Origin: Bacteroidales bacterium
GTDB taxonomy: Bacteria; Bacteroidota; Bacteroidia; Bacteroidales; WCHB1-69
Direction: 5' to 3'
Assembly: GCA_017962275.1 (NCBI GenBank)
Contig: JAGCVQ010000073.1
Span: 4,543 to 68,542, forward strand
DNA: 64,000 nucleotides
Of the stretch, positions 40,917 to 50,043 are shown piece by piece. Numbering within the stretch: the stretch's first letter is position 1; each line of letters opens with the position of its first letter. The notes beneath the pieces are model-generated. The model ran no database searches. It was not told the DNA's origin and was given only the letters and a program-made list of their open reading frames with translations. A program made the position numbers and the translations under genes.

Positions 40917-43900
40917 ATGAAATTCAGGAAATTAGAGATACACAATATCAACTCCATCGCGGAGGCCGTCATCGATTTTGAGCGGCTGATGCCGGAGGAC
41001 CAGCACATTTTCATGATTTGGGGGCCGTCGGGCGCGGGCAAGAGCACCATTTTGGATGCGATTTGTATGGCGTTGTTCTGCAAAACGCCCCGTTTACAGA
41101 GCATTGCGGAGAAGAAGGAGAACCAATACGTTGACCCCGAATTCCAGTTCAGCGACAAGAGCAAAGGCATCGCCATCAACGACCTGCGGCAGTATCTGAA
41201 GCGCGGCACGAAAGAGGGCTACTGTTCACTACAATTCGTTGGAAACGACAGTGTTACCTACACTGCCAAGACCCTTTTCTCCATTAATCGCAACGGCAAT
41301 CTCAACAACATCGAATGGTCGCTGTCTTCCGAAAACGGCCAATGGAGCAAGGTGAAAGAGGTTGAGCAGCAGGTGATTACCGTTACGGGACTGACCTACG
41401 AGCAGTTCTGCCGCACCACGATGCTCGCGCAGGGCGAGTTCACCAAGTTCATGAAGAGCGACCAGAACGCCAAGGCCGAGATTTTAGAGAAACTGACCGA
41501 TACCAGCATCTTTTCGGAGATTGGTCGTCGGATTTACGAGAAATATAACGCACAGAAGAAGGCCTACGAGCAGCTTGACAGTCAAAATGAGAACATTGTG
41601 AGGCTGAATGACGAGCAAATCGCCGAATACCAAGCGCAAATCAACGCCATCGATCGTGAGAACAAACAGCTGGATTCAGAGCTCCATATTTTGAATCAGA
41701 AAGCCACGTGGCTGAGGCATCTTGCTGTCTTACAAGAGGATGTCATCCATTCCGAGCAGTTATGGCAAGCGGCGATAGCCAAATTGAATTCCGAGGATAA
41801 CCTTCGTGCCCGGCAGCTGATCACGCGATGGGAGCAGACCGAAAATGAGCGCAACGCTTTTCTCGAATTGCGGAAACTGCGTCAGAACGCCAGCGCGTTG
41901 GCGCAGACGGAAAGTCAATACTGTGTTCAGTATCAGAAACTTACAGCCGGTTATAACTTCTTGTTGCAAACCATTGGACAAACGGAAGCGGTCAAGCAGC
42001 AATTGCAGGAACAACTCAATGCGCTCTCTTTCAAATGCGAAACCTTTGCGAACGCTCCTGTCATTTCAGAAAAGCTCAAACAGTTTGCCCTGCTTGGACA
42101 GAATGTGGTCGCTCAAAAGCAGAAACTCCAAAAGAATGCGGAAACGGTGGCTGCCATTCAGACGATTCTTGCACAAAAAGAGGAGGAAATCGGTCAGGCA
42201 AAGGCTGGTTTCGATCAGAAATCGGCTGTGTTGTCGGATTTGAAGGAGAAATCCAAATTGTTCGATCTGAATCAGTTGACCTTGTTGCAGGCCAACCAAA
42301 AGGACCGGATTCGCGATTTGAACGAAGCGAAGAAAGCGGTGCAAACACTGAAAGATCAGCAGAATGAGATTAAAAACCTCAAGAAGACGCTGATGGAGAA
42401 ACAAACGCTTGCGGATACGTTGACAGCGCAGATGCAGCAGGAACAGCAGGGGTATGTGCAGGCACAGGCCGCCCAAGACTCGGCGCAGAAATGCTATGAT
42501 TCAGCGGCACAAAGCGTGCATGATTTCGCGAAACAGGTGCGTGCGACGCTGAAAATCGGCGATGTCTGTCCGGTTTGCGGGCAGAAGGTGGCGCAACTGT
42601 TGACCAATGAAGCGGCGGAAGAGAGTCTTTTGAAACTCAAAAATGAGCTCGAAGAGGCTAAAAAAGTGGTGTTGACTGCCAGAAAACGGCTGGATGACAC
42701 GATCACGATTCTGAAAACGACAGAAGGGGAGCTGGCCGCCGTGCAAAAGGATTTGCAGAGCAAGTTGCAGAAACAGAAGTCCGATTTGGCTGGATTGGAG
42801 GAGAGTTGTAAGCGGTTGCAGATTATCGTCGATGAAACGATTTTAGAGCAGCTGGAGCGGCAAATTGAGGACAGTGAGCGTGCTTTGAAAGAGACGGAAG
42901 AGAAAATCGCCGTCTCACGCAAGCTGAACGCGCAAATGGAGCAGGCAAGTGCGGAGTTGGAAAAGATGAAACAACAGCAGGAGACGTTGTTGGGTCTCAA
43001 GCATGCGAAAGAGCTCGAGGCGACTAAATTGCAAGAGGAGACCAGGGTTTCGCAGACACAATGTTTGGACATGGAGAATCAGCAAGCGGCTTTGCAGTCG
43101 GAATTGTCGGGCTTTTTGGCGACGACGTATCCGAAATGGGAGGAGAATCCTTCCAAAACGGCTCAGGAATTGACCGCTGAGGCTGAGGATTATGCCCGAA
43201 AGCAGGAGAAATTAGCCAAACAGCAAGAATTGTCTGATGTGTATCAACGTGATCAGCAGCAGGTTGAGCGGAATATTCAACAAGTGCGGACGCTTTTCGA
43301 TTGGCCGGTTTCCGAGAAAGCACAATTGGTTGACAAATTGGTGGAGAATTGGGCGGATTTCCTCCCGAATTGCACGGTTCTTTCGCAAAATAGAGCGAAT
43401 TTGGATGCCGAAATGGCGAATAAGGAATTCTTCCTGCAAACTTTCTATTCCGAACATCCGGACATTCAAGAAGCGATCTTGGCGCAACTGGCGAATACGA
43501 CGATCGAAACTGTCACGCAACTGCGTGAGCAACAGACGGATGCGCAGAATCAAGTGCAAAATACCCACGGGCAATATGAGAAAGCACAGGTCTCGTTGCA
43601 GAAGCACCAGGAATCGAAGCCGGTCTTCTCTGAAGGGGAAGATCTTGCCCGAATTGAGACGAAAATCACCGAAAAGAATCAACAAAAGGAGGAGAAGTCG
43701 CAGAAAATCGGGCAGATACAGCATGTTTTGGAGGAGGATGCCGATAATAAGCGTCGATACGCTGAAACTTTGGCGAAATTGGAAGCTTTGCAGCAGCAGG
43801 TGCGGCAGTGGGAGCGCCTCAACAACGTTTTCGGCGACAGCACTGGCAAGACGTTCCGCAAGATTGCGCAGAGCTTCATCCTGCAGAAGCTGCTCGACAA

Positions 43901-44306
43901 CACCAACTACTTCCTCGGAATGCTCTCCGACCGTTACGAGCTCACCGGTGCGGGTCGCGAGCTGATGATCTTGGTGAAAGACAAGTACTTGGGGGACGCC
44001 CCGCGCCCTGTGGAGATGGTCTCCGGCGGCGAGAGCTTCCTCATCTCCATCGCCCTCGCGTTAGGACTTTCAAACCTCGCCATGCAGGGTATCTCTTCCG
44101 ATTTCCTCTTCATCGACGAGGGCATCAGCCAACTTGACGGCGGCCTCTGCGACAGTGTGGTGAACACGCTCCAGCAACTGCATCACATTGTACATTGCAA
44201 CATCGGTATTATCAGTCACTTGGATGTGCTCGCGGAGAAGATTCCGACGAAGATTGTCGTGCAACCCATAAGCCACGGCACGAGCCAATTAAGAATTCAG
44301 AATTAA
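40917..44306 (+). CDS. sbcC: Exonuclease SbcCD, ATPase subunit C
   Basis: Walker A GPSGAGKSTILDAI, a very long coiled coil with the zinc hook CPVCGQ, and C-terminal SGGESFLISIALALGLS...FIDEG. The last five codons and the stop lie in a heptamer array. Confidence 0.9.
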   Translation: MKFRKLEIHNINSIAEAVIDFERLMPEDQHIFMIWGPSGAGKSTILDAICMALFCKTPRLQSIAEKKENQYVDPEFQFSDKSKGIAINDLRQYLKRGTKEGYCSLQFVGNDSVTYTAKTLFSINRNGNLNNIEWSLSSENGQWSKVKEVEQQVITVTGLTYEQFCRTTMLAQGEFTKFMKSDQNAKAEILEKLTDTSIFSEIGRRIYEKYNAQKKAYEQLDSQNENIVRLNDEQIAEYQAQINAIDRENKQLDSELHILNQKATWLRHLAVLQEDVIHSEQLWQAAIAKLNSEDNLRARQLITRWEQTENERNAFLELRKLRQNASALAQTESQYCVQYQKLTAGYNFLLQTIGQTEAVKQQLQEQLNALSFKCETFANAPVISEKLKQFALLGQNVVAQKQKLQKNAETVAAIQTILAQKEEEIGQAKAGFDQKSAVLSDLKEKSKLFDLNQLTLLQANQKDRIRDLNEAKKAVQTLKDQQNEIKNLKKTLMEKQTLADTLTAQMQQEQQGYVQAQAAQDSAQKCYDSAAQSVHDFAKQVRATLKIGDVCPVCGQKVAQLLTNEAAEESLLKLKNELEEAKKVVLTARKRLDDTITILKTTEGELAAVQKDLQSKLQKQKSDLAGLEESCKRLQIIVDETILEQLERQIEDSERALKETEEKIAVSRKLNAQMEQASAELEKMKQQQETLLGLKHAKELEATKLQEETRVSQTQCLDMENQQAALQSELSGFLATTYPKWEENPSKTAQELTAEAEDYARKQEKLAKQQELSDVYQRDQQQVERNIQQVRTLFDWPVSEKAQLVDKLVENWADFLPNCTVLSQNRANLDAEMANKEFFLQTFYSEHPDIQEAILAQLANTTIETVTQLREQQTDAQNQVQNTHGQYEKAQVSLQKHQESKPVFSEGEDLARIETKITEKNQQKEEKSQKIGQIQHVLEEDADNKRRYAETLAKLEALQQQVRQWERLNNVFGDSTGKTFRKIAQSFILQKLLDNTNYFLGMLSDRYELTGAGRELMILVKDKYLGDAPRPVEMVSGGESFLISIALALGLSNLAMQGISSDFLFIDEGISQLDGGLCDSVVNTLQQLHHIVHCNIGIISHLDVLAEKIPTKIVVQPISHGTSQLRIQN

Positions 44307-44328
44307 GAATTAAGAGTTCAGAATTTTT
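44287..44328. repeat. Heptamer array AATTAAG/AATTCAG
   Basis: AATTAAG AATTCAG AATTAAG AATTAAG AGTTCAG AATTTTT. It encodes the last sbcC codons (LRIQN) and its TAA stop. Confidence 0.85.
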
Positions 44329-44382
44329 TTCACAAACTGCAACCTTTTGCGTTTTTTTCGTCTTGATGGTTGAAAAATGTGT

Positions 44383-44390
44383 TATGTTTG
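44383..44390 (+). promoter_or_regulatory. -7 box TAtgTTTG
   Basis: 24 nt before the ATG at 44414. Confidence 0.5.
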
Positions 44391-44413
44391 CCAACCGAAT
44401 AAAAATTAGCAAT

Positions 44414-46162
44414 ATGAAGCGTAAGATATTAACACTCATTATGTTATTTGCATCCGTGGTGGTTTTCGGGCAGACTCCGAGGCATCTGCGTGTGCTCAAC
44501 TATGTGCCCGACAGCTGCTATTCGCTCTCATTGGTGAATCTCGACACCGTGGCGCGGGTCATCGAACTGGAGTCCTTGCACCGGGAAAGGGTTTTCAAAC
44601 CGCTTTATGACAGCGTGAAATTCACCAAAAAGTTAGTGCAGAGCTGGATAAAACGGGACAGCAAATTAGGTGTGGATTTTACTGCCTCTGCGGCATACGT
44701 GGATTCCCGCTATGTCTTTCTGCCATTGAACAACGAACGCAATTTCGAGAAGATGCTGCGTTCGTTAGACAAGTCGATGCCGCCGTTTGAGACGATGACC
44801 GACGCGGATGGGCGGAAAATCCGTTGCATGACCTTGACGGAGAATGGTATGAGCGCAGCTGTGTTCTGTACTGAGGATGTCGCTTGTTTCGCGATGCTTG
44901 CCGATATGAACGCCATCTACTCAAGCCCGGTGTTCAATGCTGATATGGACACGTTTGACACGGAAGCTCAGTATGATGTGGTGATGAATTACACGGAGAC
45001 GCCGATGCAGGTCTGGACTCGTTTGAGCCGGTCGCACTTTGCCGAAAGTGCTTTGGCGGCCAACATGATGGCCAAGGGCTGGGACTCCTACACGGCTTAT
45101 AAGTACGGCAATCCGCTCGTTAACACATATATCGCAGCGTTGCAACTCTATTTTCCCGCTTCTGCGGACATCAAAAACGCGTTCAGCCAGTTGGACATAG
45201 AGATTTTTGCCAAAGCCGAGGCTCGGCATGACCGCATTACCGCCAATAGTGAGTTTCATATAGAGAACAAACAGCCGGGGAAACAGGCGCTGACATTCTC
45301 TCCCGCGGAATTGAAGAAGCTGATTCCGTACATTCCCGGTGACTATATGGCGTTGGTTGTCAGTTCGATGGAAGGCTACGGGAATCTTATGGAACCGTAC
45401 ATGGGGAAATTTCCGCAATGGCGGGAACTCTGTCCGCTGATGAACAAGCCTTTCGTGTTCACGGCGTCTTCCTTGGAGGACAAGGACATGCAGCTCATCA
45501 CCCTCGTGGATCATCCCGAGCAGGTGCGCGGCATTTTGGAACGTTTCGTGGAGACCAGCAACCACATCACCGATTCCACATACAAGGCGAGAAAAAACAT
45601 GGTGATTGAGGAAGTGGTGGAGGAACCCTATATTATCCCCGTGGAATCTGAGGATTCAGAGAAAGCGGAAGATGTTGCTCCTTCCGATGTGATTGAACTG
45701 CCGTATGCACTCGGTGAGGAAGAAGTGGATTCCACTATCGATATGAAATCGCTGAGGTACAAAAAGATAGATGGATGGGATGCGTACATCATCGTGACGA
45801 ATAGAAAAGAGATGGACTATGACACCTACACGCAGATCGTGAAAGAAGACTCCTCTTGCGTGTTGGTGAAGGATAATCTCCTGTTCTACACCACAAGCTT
45901 GGATGCGGTTCATTTGCTGTCGCAGCCGATGGAGCGCGAATGGCAGAAGGAGTATTTCGAACATCCCTTCTTCGCACGGATTGATTTCGGGGCATTAGTA
46001 TCCCTTTTCGGTCCCGAGGCCGCCATGCCTGTCCGCGACATGACCTGCTATGTCGAGGATAACACCCTCACAATGAATGTCACCGCTGTGCCGGGACTGC
46101 GTCACGGAATCCTTTACGAAATAGTGAAATACGTCGCCGACCTCCTCCAAGATTTCGATTAG
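44414..46162 (+). CDS. Hypothetical secreted protein
   Basis: Signal peptide MKRKILTLIMLFASVVVFGQ. The ATG lies 24 nt after a TAtgTTTG box. The track start at 44195 would overlap sbcC and read through a repeat. Confidence 0.6.
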   Translation: MKRKILTLIMLFASVVVFGQTPRHLRVLNYVPDSCYSLSLVNLDTVARVIELESLHRERVFKPLYDSVKFTKKLVQSWIKRDSKLGVDFTASAAYVDSRYVFLPLNNERNFEKMLRSLDKSMPPFETMTDADGRKIRCMTLTENGMSAAVFCTEDVACFAMLADMNAIYSSPVFNADMDTFDTEAQYDVVMNYTETPMQVWTRLSRSHFAESALAANMMAKGWDSYTAYKYGNPLVNTYIAALQLYFPASADIKNAFSQLDIEIFAKAEARHDRITANSEFHIENKQPGKQALTFSPAELKKLIPYIPGDYMALVVSSMEGYGNLMEPYMGKFPQWRELCPLMNKPFVFTASSLEDKDMQLITLVDHPEQVRGILERFVETSNHITDSTYKARKNMVIEEVVEEPYIIPVESEDSEKAEDVAPSDVIELPYALGEEEVDSTIDMKSLRYKKIDGWDAYIIVTNRKEMDYDTYTQIVKEDSSCVLVKDNLLFYTTSLDAVHLLSQPMEREWQKEYFEHPFFARIDFGALVSLFGPEAAMPVRDMTCYVEDNTLTMNVTAVPGLRHGILYEIVKYVADLLQDFD

Positions 46163-46200
46163 TTTGCTCCCTGACGCTTAATTACTTCTCCACAATCTTA

Positions 46201-46259
46201 CTCACTGCTCTTCACTGTTCACTGTTCACTGTACACTGTTCAATAATCACTAATCCCTC
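46201..46259. repeat. Heptamer array, TTCACTG family (reverse complement of the array at 17341-17396)
   Basis: CTCACTG CTC TTCACTG TTCACTG TTCACTG TACACTG TTCAATA ATCACTA ATCCCTC. It abuts the hflX stop. Confidence 0.85.
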
Positions 46260-47448
46260 AATACAGGAAATTGTTGTACGGGTAAATCTGAATATGCAAC
46301 TTTTTGATCTCCTCGTACAGGAAATCGCGCATTTCGTTGACGTTTTCCTTCGTTTTGGCGGATATGAAGAGCGTTTTCGGACCGAGTTTCGCCATCCAGG
46401 TGGCTTTCAGCTCGTCTAAGGTGATATTCTCTTTGGTCTTGGGCGTAAGGTCGTCTTCGGCCTTCTCCACCCAGGAGTACTGGTCTATCTTGTTGAAAAT
46501 GATGACAGTAGGTTTGCCGCCGCAGTCGATTTCGTCCAAGGTTTTCTGCACCGTCTGAATCTGCTCCTCGAAGTCGGGATGGCTAATGTCGACCACGTGC
46601 AGAAGCAGGTGCGTCTCGCGAATCTCGTCAAGCGTCGATTTGAATGATTCCACCAAACCGTGCGGCAACTTGCGGATAAATCCCACCGTATCAGAGAGTA
46701 AGAACGGCAAGTTTTGGAACACGACTTTGCGGACGGTCGTGTCCAGCGTGGCGAAGAGTTTGTTTTCGGTGAGCACATCGGAGTTGCTGAGCAGGTTCAT
46801 GATGGTCGATTTTCCGACATTGGTATAGCCTACGAGGGCCACGCGGACGAACTGCTCTCGGTGTCCGCGCTGGGTCTTCTTCTGTCGGTCGATGTCTTTC
46901 AACCGCTTCTCCAACAACGAGATACGGTCGCGGATGATACGGCGGTCGGTCTCGATTTCCTTCTCACCGGGACCCCTCATGCCGATACCGCCGCGCTGCT
47001 TTTCCAGGTGCGTCCACATACCCGTGAGACGCGGCAGCAGGTACTTGTACTGCGCCAACTCCACCTGCGTTTTGGCGTGGGCCGTCTGTGCGTGCTTGGC
47101 GAAGATGTCGAGGATGAGGTGAGTGCGGTCCATCACCTTGCATCTCATAAGTTGCTCGATGTTACGCTGTTGAGACGGCGGCAACTCATCGTCCACCACC
47201 ACCATGTCGATGTCGTTCTCGTGCACATAATCGGCCACCTCGCGGATCTTGCCGGAGCCGAAGTAGGTGCGCGTGTCGGGATGGGCGAGGTTCTGGATGA
47301 ACTTCTTCACGCACTGTCCGCCGGCGGTTTCCACCAAGAAAGCCAACTCGTCGAGGTATTCCATCGTTTTCGCCTCCGCCACGTCGGGCGTGGAGACGGC
47401 AATCAGTACGGCCGTTTCGCGGTAATTGTCAGGATTTTCTATCGCCAT
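46258..47448 (-). CDS. hflX: GTPase HflX
   Basis: HflX N-terminal domain (ELAFLVETAGG...) and G-domain motifs GYTNVGKST and DTVGF. Confidence 0.92.
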   Translation of the reverse strand: MAIENPDNYRETAVLIAVSTPDVAEAKTMEYLDELAFLVETAGGQCVKKFIQNLAHPDTRTYFGSGKIREVADYVHENDIDMVVVDDELPPSQQRNIEQLMRCKVMDRTHLILDIFAKHAQTAHAKTQVELAQYKYLLPRLTGMWTHLEKQRGGIGMRGPGEKEIETDRRIIRDRISLLEKRLKDIDRQKKTQRGHREQFVRVALVGYTNVGKSTIMNLLSNSDVLTENKLFATLDTTVRKVVFQNLPFLLSDTVGFIRKLPHGLVESFKSTLDEIRETHLLLHVVDISHPDFEEQIQTVQKTLDEIDCGGKPTVIIFNKIDQYSWVEKAEDDLTPKTKENITLDELKATWMAKLGPKTLFISAKTKENVNEMRDFLYEEIKKLHIQIYPYNNFLY

Positions 47449-47483
47449 TCGTATCGTAAAAGGTTAATCGGTGAAACAGGCGG

Positions 47484-47491
47484 CAAAAATA
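47484..47491 (-). promoter_or_regulatory. -7 box TAttTTTG for hflX
   Basis: 36 nt before the start at 47448. Confidence 0.5.
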
Positions 47492-47500
47492 CGAATTTTA

Positions 47501-47549
47501 AGGCAACAGGCAAAAGGCAATGGAGAACAGACGATAGGGAACAGAGGAA
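47501..47549. repeat. Heptamer array, AGGCAAT family
   Basis: AGGCAAC AGGCAAA AGGCAAT GGAGAAC AGACGAT AGGGAAC AGAGGAA, between the divergent hflX and araC-type promoters. Confidence 0.85.
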
Positions 47550-47579
47550 GTGATTTTGTTGTTTTGTGGATAAAATGTG

Positions 47580-47587
47580 TATTTTTG
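47580..47587 (+). promoter_or_regulatory. -7 box TAttTTTG for the AraC-family gene
   Basis: 26 nt before the ATG at 47613. Confidence 0.55.
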
Positions 47588-47612
47588 CCTTCCAGAATGA
47601 TAAGGAATAACT

Positions 47613-48626
47613 ATGATTCAGAGTAAATTGACAGTAGGGGGAAAAGTGATTTTCTCGGGCGAGTTTCCCGAGGCGGCCACGTTGCGCAAAGTGGAGGAGG
47701 ACGGCCTCGTCACCACCTATTGCGACAACGAGTTCTTCAGCAGCCGGCTGACGGAAAACCGAGTGGGTCGCTATCTGCTTTTGGGGCAGAAAGCCCAAAG
47801 CCATGTCGATTGCGAGTTCGAGGTGCATCGGACGGGACTGCCGGTGCTGATGATGTCGTTGGCGAAGGACAGCGACATCGTGCGCACCCGCCGTGAGGAC
47901 CGCCGCTGGCGTACGGGGGATGTGTGCCTTTCGCTGTTCCCTGAAGAGGATTCCGTTGTTAACCACTGCAAGCGCGGAGCATCGTTAGAGCTGTTCAACA
48001 TTGTGCTGACCGAGCCGGTGGTGCGGCAGCTGGCCGAGCGGCATCCCGATGCGCTGAACAGTTTCTGTCGCGATTTCGAACGCAACGAGGCGATTGCCTA
48101 TACGCCTGAGGGCACGCAGGCGGATCGCAAGCTGTTGAACCTGTTTCGCGCCATAGAGGAATGCAACGAGATGGGTAACTACGCAGCCAAGTATCTGGAC
48201 ACCATGATTTTGGATACGCTGTCGATGATGATCAACCGGGCCAACGAATCGGACGAGACGCTCGCGCCCGTCAATTTGGCGCTGTCCGAAAAGGTACATG
48301 CCGCCCGCGACATCATGATGACCCAGTACCAAGATCCGCCGTCGCTGCACGCGTTAGCATTGATGGTGGGCACCAACGAGTGCACGCTGAAGTCGGCTTT
48401 CAAGCAGGAGTTTGGGGAGACCGTCTTCCAGTGCCTCTTCGATTACCGCATGTCGTTGGCAACCAAGTATTTGTTGGAAACCTCATGGCCCATCGCCGAG
48501 GTCGGGCTGTTGCTCGGCTACGAATACCAGAGCCATTTCTGCACCGCCTTCCGCAGGAAGTACGGCATGTCACCGACGGAGTTCCGGGAGATCAATACCG
48601 TTCCACAAAATCCTTCACTAACCTGA
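47613..48626 (+). CDS. AraC-family transcriptional regulator
   Basis: C-terminal double HTH: LHALALMVGTNECTLKSAFKQEFG...IAEVGLLLGYEYQSHFCTAFRRKYGMSPTEFR. Confidence 0.85.
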   Translation: MIQSKLTVGGKVIFSGEFPEAATLRKVEEDGLVTTYCDNEFFSSRLTENRVGRYLLLGQKAQSHVDCEFEVHRTGLPVLMMSLAKDSDIVRTRREDRRWRTGDVCLSLFPEEDSVVNHCKRGASLELFNIVLTEPVVRQLAERHPDALNSFCRDFERNEAIAYTPEGTQADRKLLNLFRAIEECNEMGNYAAKYLDTMILDTLSMMINRANESDETLAPVNLALSEKVHAARDIMMTQYQDPPSLHALALMVGTNECTLKSAFKQEFGETVFQCLFDYRMSLATKYLLETSWPIAEVGLLLGYEYQSHFCTAFRRKYGMSPTEFREINTVPQNPSLT

Positions 48627-49857
48627 AAATCGGTTCGTAACTGTCGAAAATCGCGTTCTCGTAGTTGTCGAACGGGGTGTGGTAAAAGGGGAAGGCGTCG
48701 CCGCTTTCGTTCTCGAAAAGGATGCTCGGCACGCCTTTCTCAGTGAACGGATAGTGGTCGCTGTTACCGGCTAACTCCCCGCGGTTCAATCCTTTAAAGT
48801 ATTTCTTTTCCGTGTTGATTTTGTCGAATGTCGTGAAGCCTCGGTCGGAGTTGGTTTCTACGTATTGCATGGGGTTGTTGTCACCGATCATGTCGATGTT
48901 GATGAGGAACTTGATTTGCTCTAACGGAACGGTCGGATGCGCCACGTACCACTCCGAGCCGCGCAAGTTGGCATCCTCACCGGAGAAGGAGATGAAGTAG
49001 ATGTCGTACTCGGGACGGTTCTGGGCGTAATAGGCCGCGAGCGTCACAATGGCGGCAGTGCCGGAAGCGTTGTCGTTGGCTCCGGCGTAGAACACCTTCT
49101 TGCCGAGGTTGCCGAGGTGGTCGTAGTGCGCCGTGAAGACGAAGCAGCTGTCGTGCCGCTTGCCCTCCACCTTGGCGATGACGTTGAAGAGTTCGTAGTT
49201 CTCCAGGAACTTGTTCTCAATGTTGACGGTGATGCTCTGCGCGTCCTTCGGGAAGTCGGTGGTGCACCAGATAACGGGCTTGCCCATGATCTTCTCTCCG
49301 TAAGCCTTATAGAATTTGAGATGCGGCTCCCAAGTCTGGATCATGCCGGCGTTGGTGCAGCCTTCCTTACCCCAAATCTTCTTGAAGTCTTGGTAATGGC
49401 GGTAAGAGAAAAAGAAGTCACACACCACGAAGCAGTCCTTGTACTCGGGTTTTGCGAGGTCGGCGAACATCTTCTCGGCATCGTAATTGTTCGTATCGAC
49501 GTAGTAGAGTTTGTAAGTGCCGCGCACGCCCGGCGAGTACTCGCGCATCGAGAATTCCACGCCCGGGGTCAGCTTGCGGCCATCGACGGACATCTCCATC
49601 TTGCCGGGAAAGGTGTTGATGTTGATGGTGAACGGCTGGCAGATAACCTCATCGACGCCCGCCTTCTTGTATTCCTTTGCCAAATACTTCCCCGCTTTGT
49701 TGGCACCGCCGTAGGCATAGCCGCGCCCTTGGTATTTCGCGGAAGTCAGCTCTTTGAGCACCTGTTTGTAATGCTCTAAATTCTGAGCCTGTAGGGACGA
49801 GGTGCACATCGTCTCTACCAACAAAAATGCCAATGCTATGATAGTCAGTTTTTTCAT
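48592..49857 (-). CDS. M28-family aminopeptidase (secreted)
   Basis: Signal peptide MKKLTIIALAFLLVETMCTSSLQAQ. FTAHYDHLG...GANDNASGTAAIVTLA...FISFSGEDANLRGS are the M28 metal-ligand motifs. The start is set 25 nt after a -7 box; the 655-aa track ORF is an upstream extension. Confidence 0.85.
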   Translation of the reverse strand: MKKLTIIALAFLLVETMCTSSLQAQNLEHYKQVLKELTSAKYQGRGYAYGGANKAGKYLAKEYKKAGVDEVICQPFTININTFPGKMEMSVDGRKLTPGVEFSMREYSPGVRGTYKLYYVDTNNYDAEKMFADLAKPEYKDCFVVCDFFFSYRHYQDFKKIWGKEGCTNAGMIQTWEPHLKFYKAYGEKIMGKPVIWCTTDFPKDAQSITVNIENKFLENYELFNVIAKVEGKRHDSCFVFTAHYDHLGNLGKKVFYAGANDNASGTAAIVTLAAYYAQNRPEYDIYFISFSGEDANLRGSEWYVAHPTVPLEQIKFLINIDMIGDNNPMQYVETNSDRGFTTFDKINTEKKYFKGLNRGELAGNSDHYPFTEKGVPSILFENESGDAFPFYHTPFDNYENAIFDSYEPIFRLVKDFVERY

Positions 49858-49881
49858 TGTTTTGGGTATTAAATGATTCGG

Positions 49882-49889
49882 CAAAAATA
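49882..49889 (-). promoter_or_regulatory. -7 box TAttTTTG for the M28 peptidase
   Basis: 25 nt before the start at 49857. Confidence 0.55.
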
Positions 49890-50013
49890 CAATCTGTTTG
49901 GACATTGTGTTTTCAAAAAACGGAAAAAGTTTCTGCTGACCATACAATACCACAAAATTCTCAAGAATTGAATCTTTTTCCGTCATTTGAAAATCGGGTC
50001 TCGAAATCTGTTG

Positions 50014-50021
50014 TATTTTTG
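50014..50021 (+). promoter_or_regulatory. -7 box TAttTTTG for the Ere-family gene
   Basis: 23 nt before the ATG at 50044. Confidence 0.55.
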
Positions 50022-50043
50022 CCGCGTAAAAAATGTGGCTGTT

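Noticed and set aside
39717-44306. The SbcCD pair as an SMC-type defence system (Lamassu-, Wadjet- or Gabija-like).
   Set aside because: It has canonical Mre11-type motifs, a Rad50-type Walker A, zinc hook and signature motif, and typical sizes. No additional defence partners are present, so it is most simply housekeeping SbcCD.
44195-44413. An upstream extension of ORF 44195..46162.
   Set aside because: It overlaps the sbcC 3' end and reads through the heptamer array. A -7 box and a signal-peptide start at 44414 fit better.
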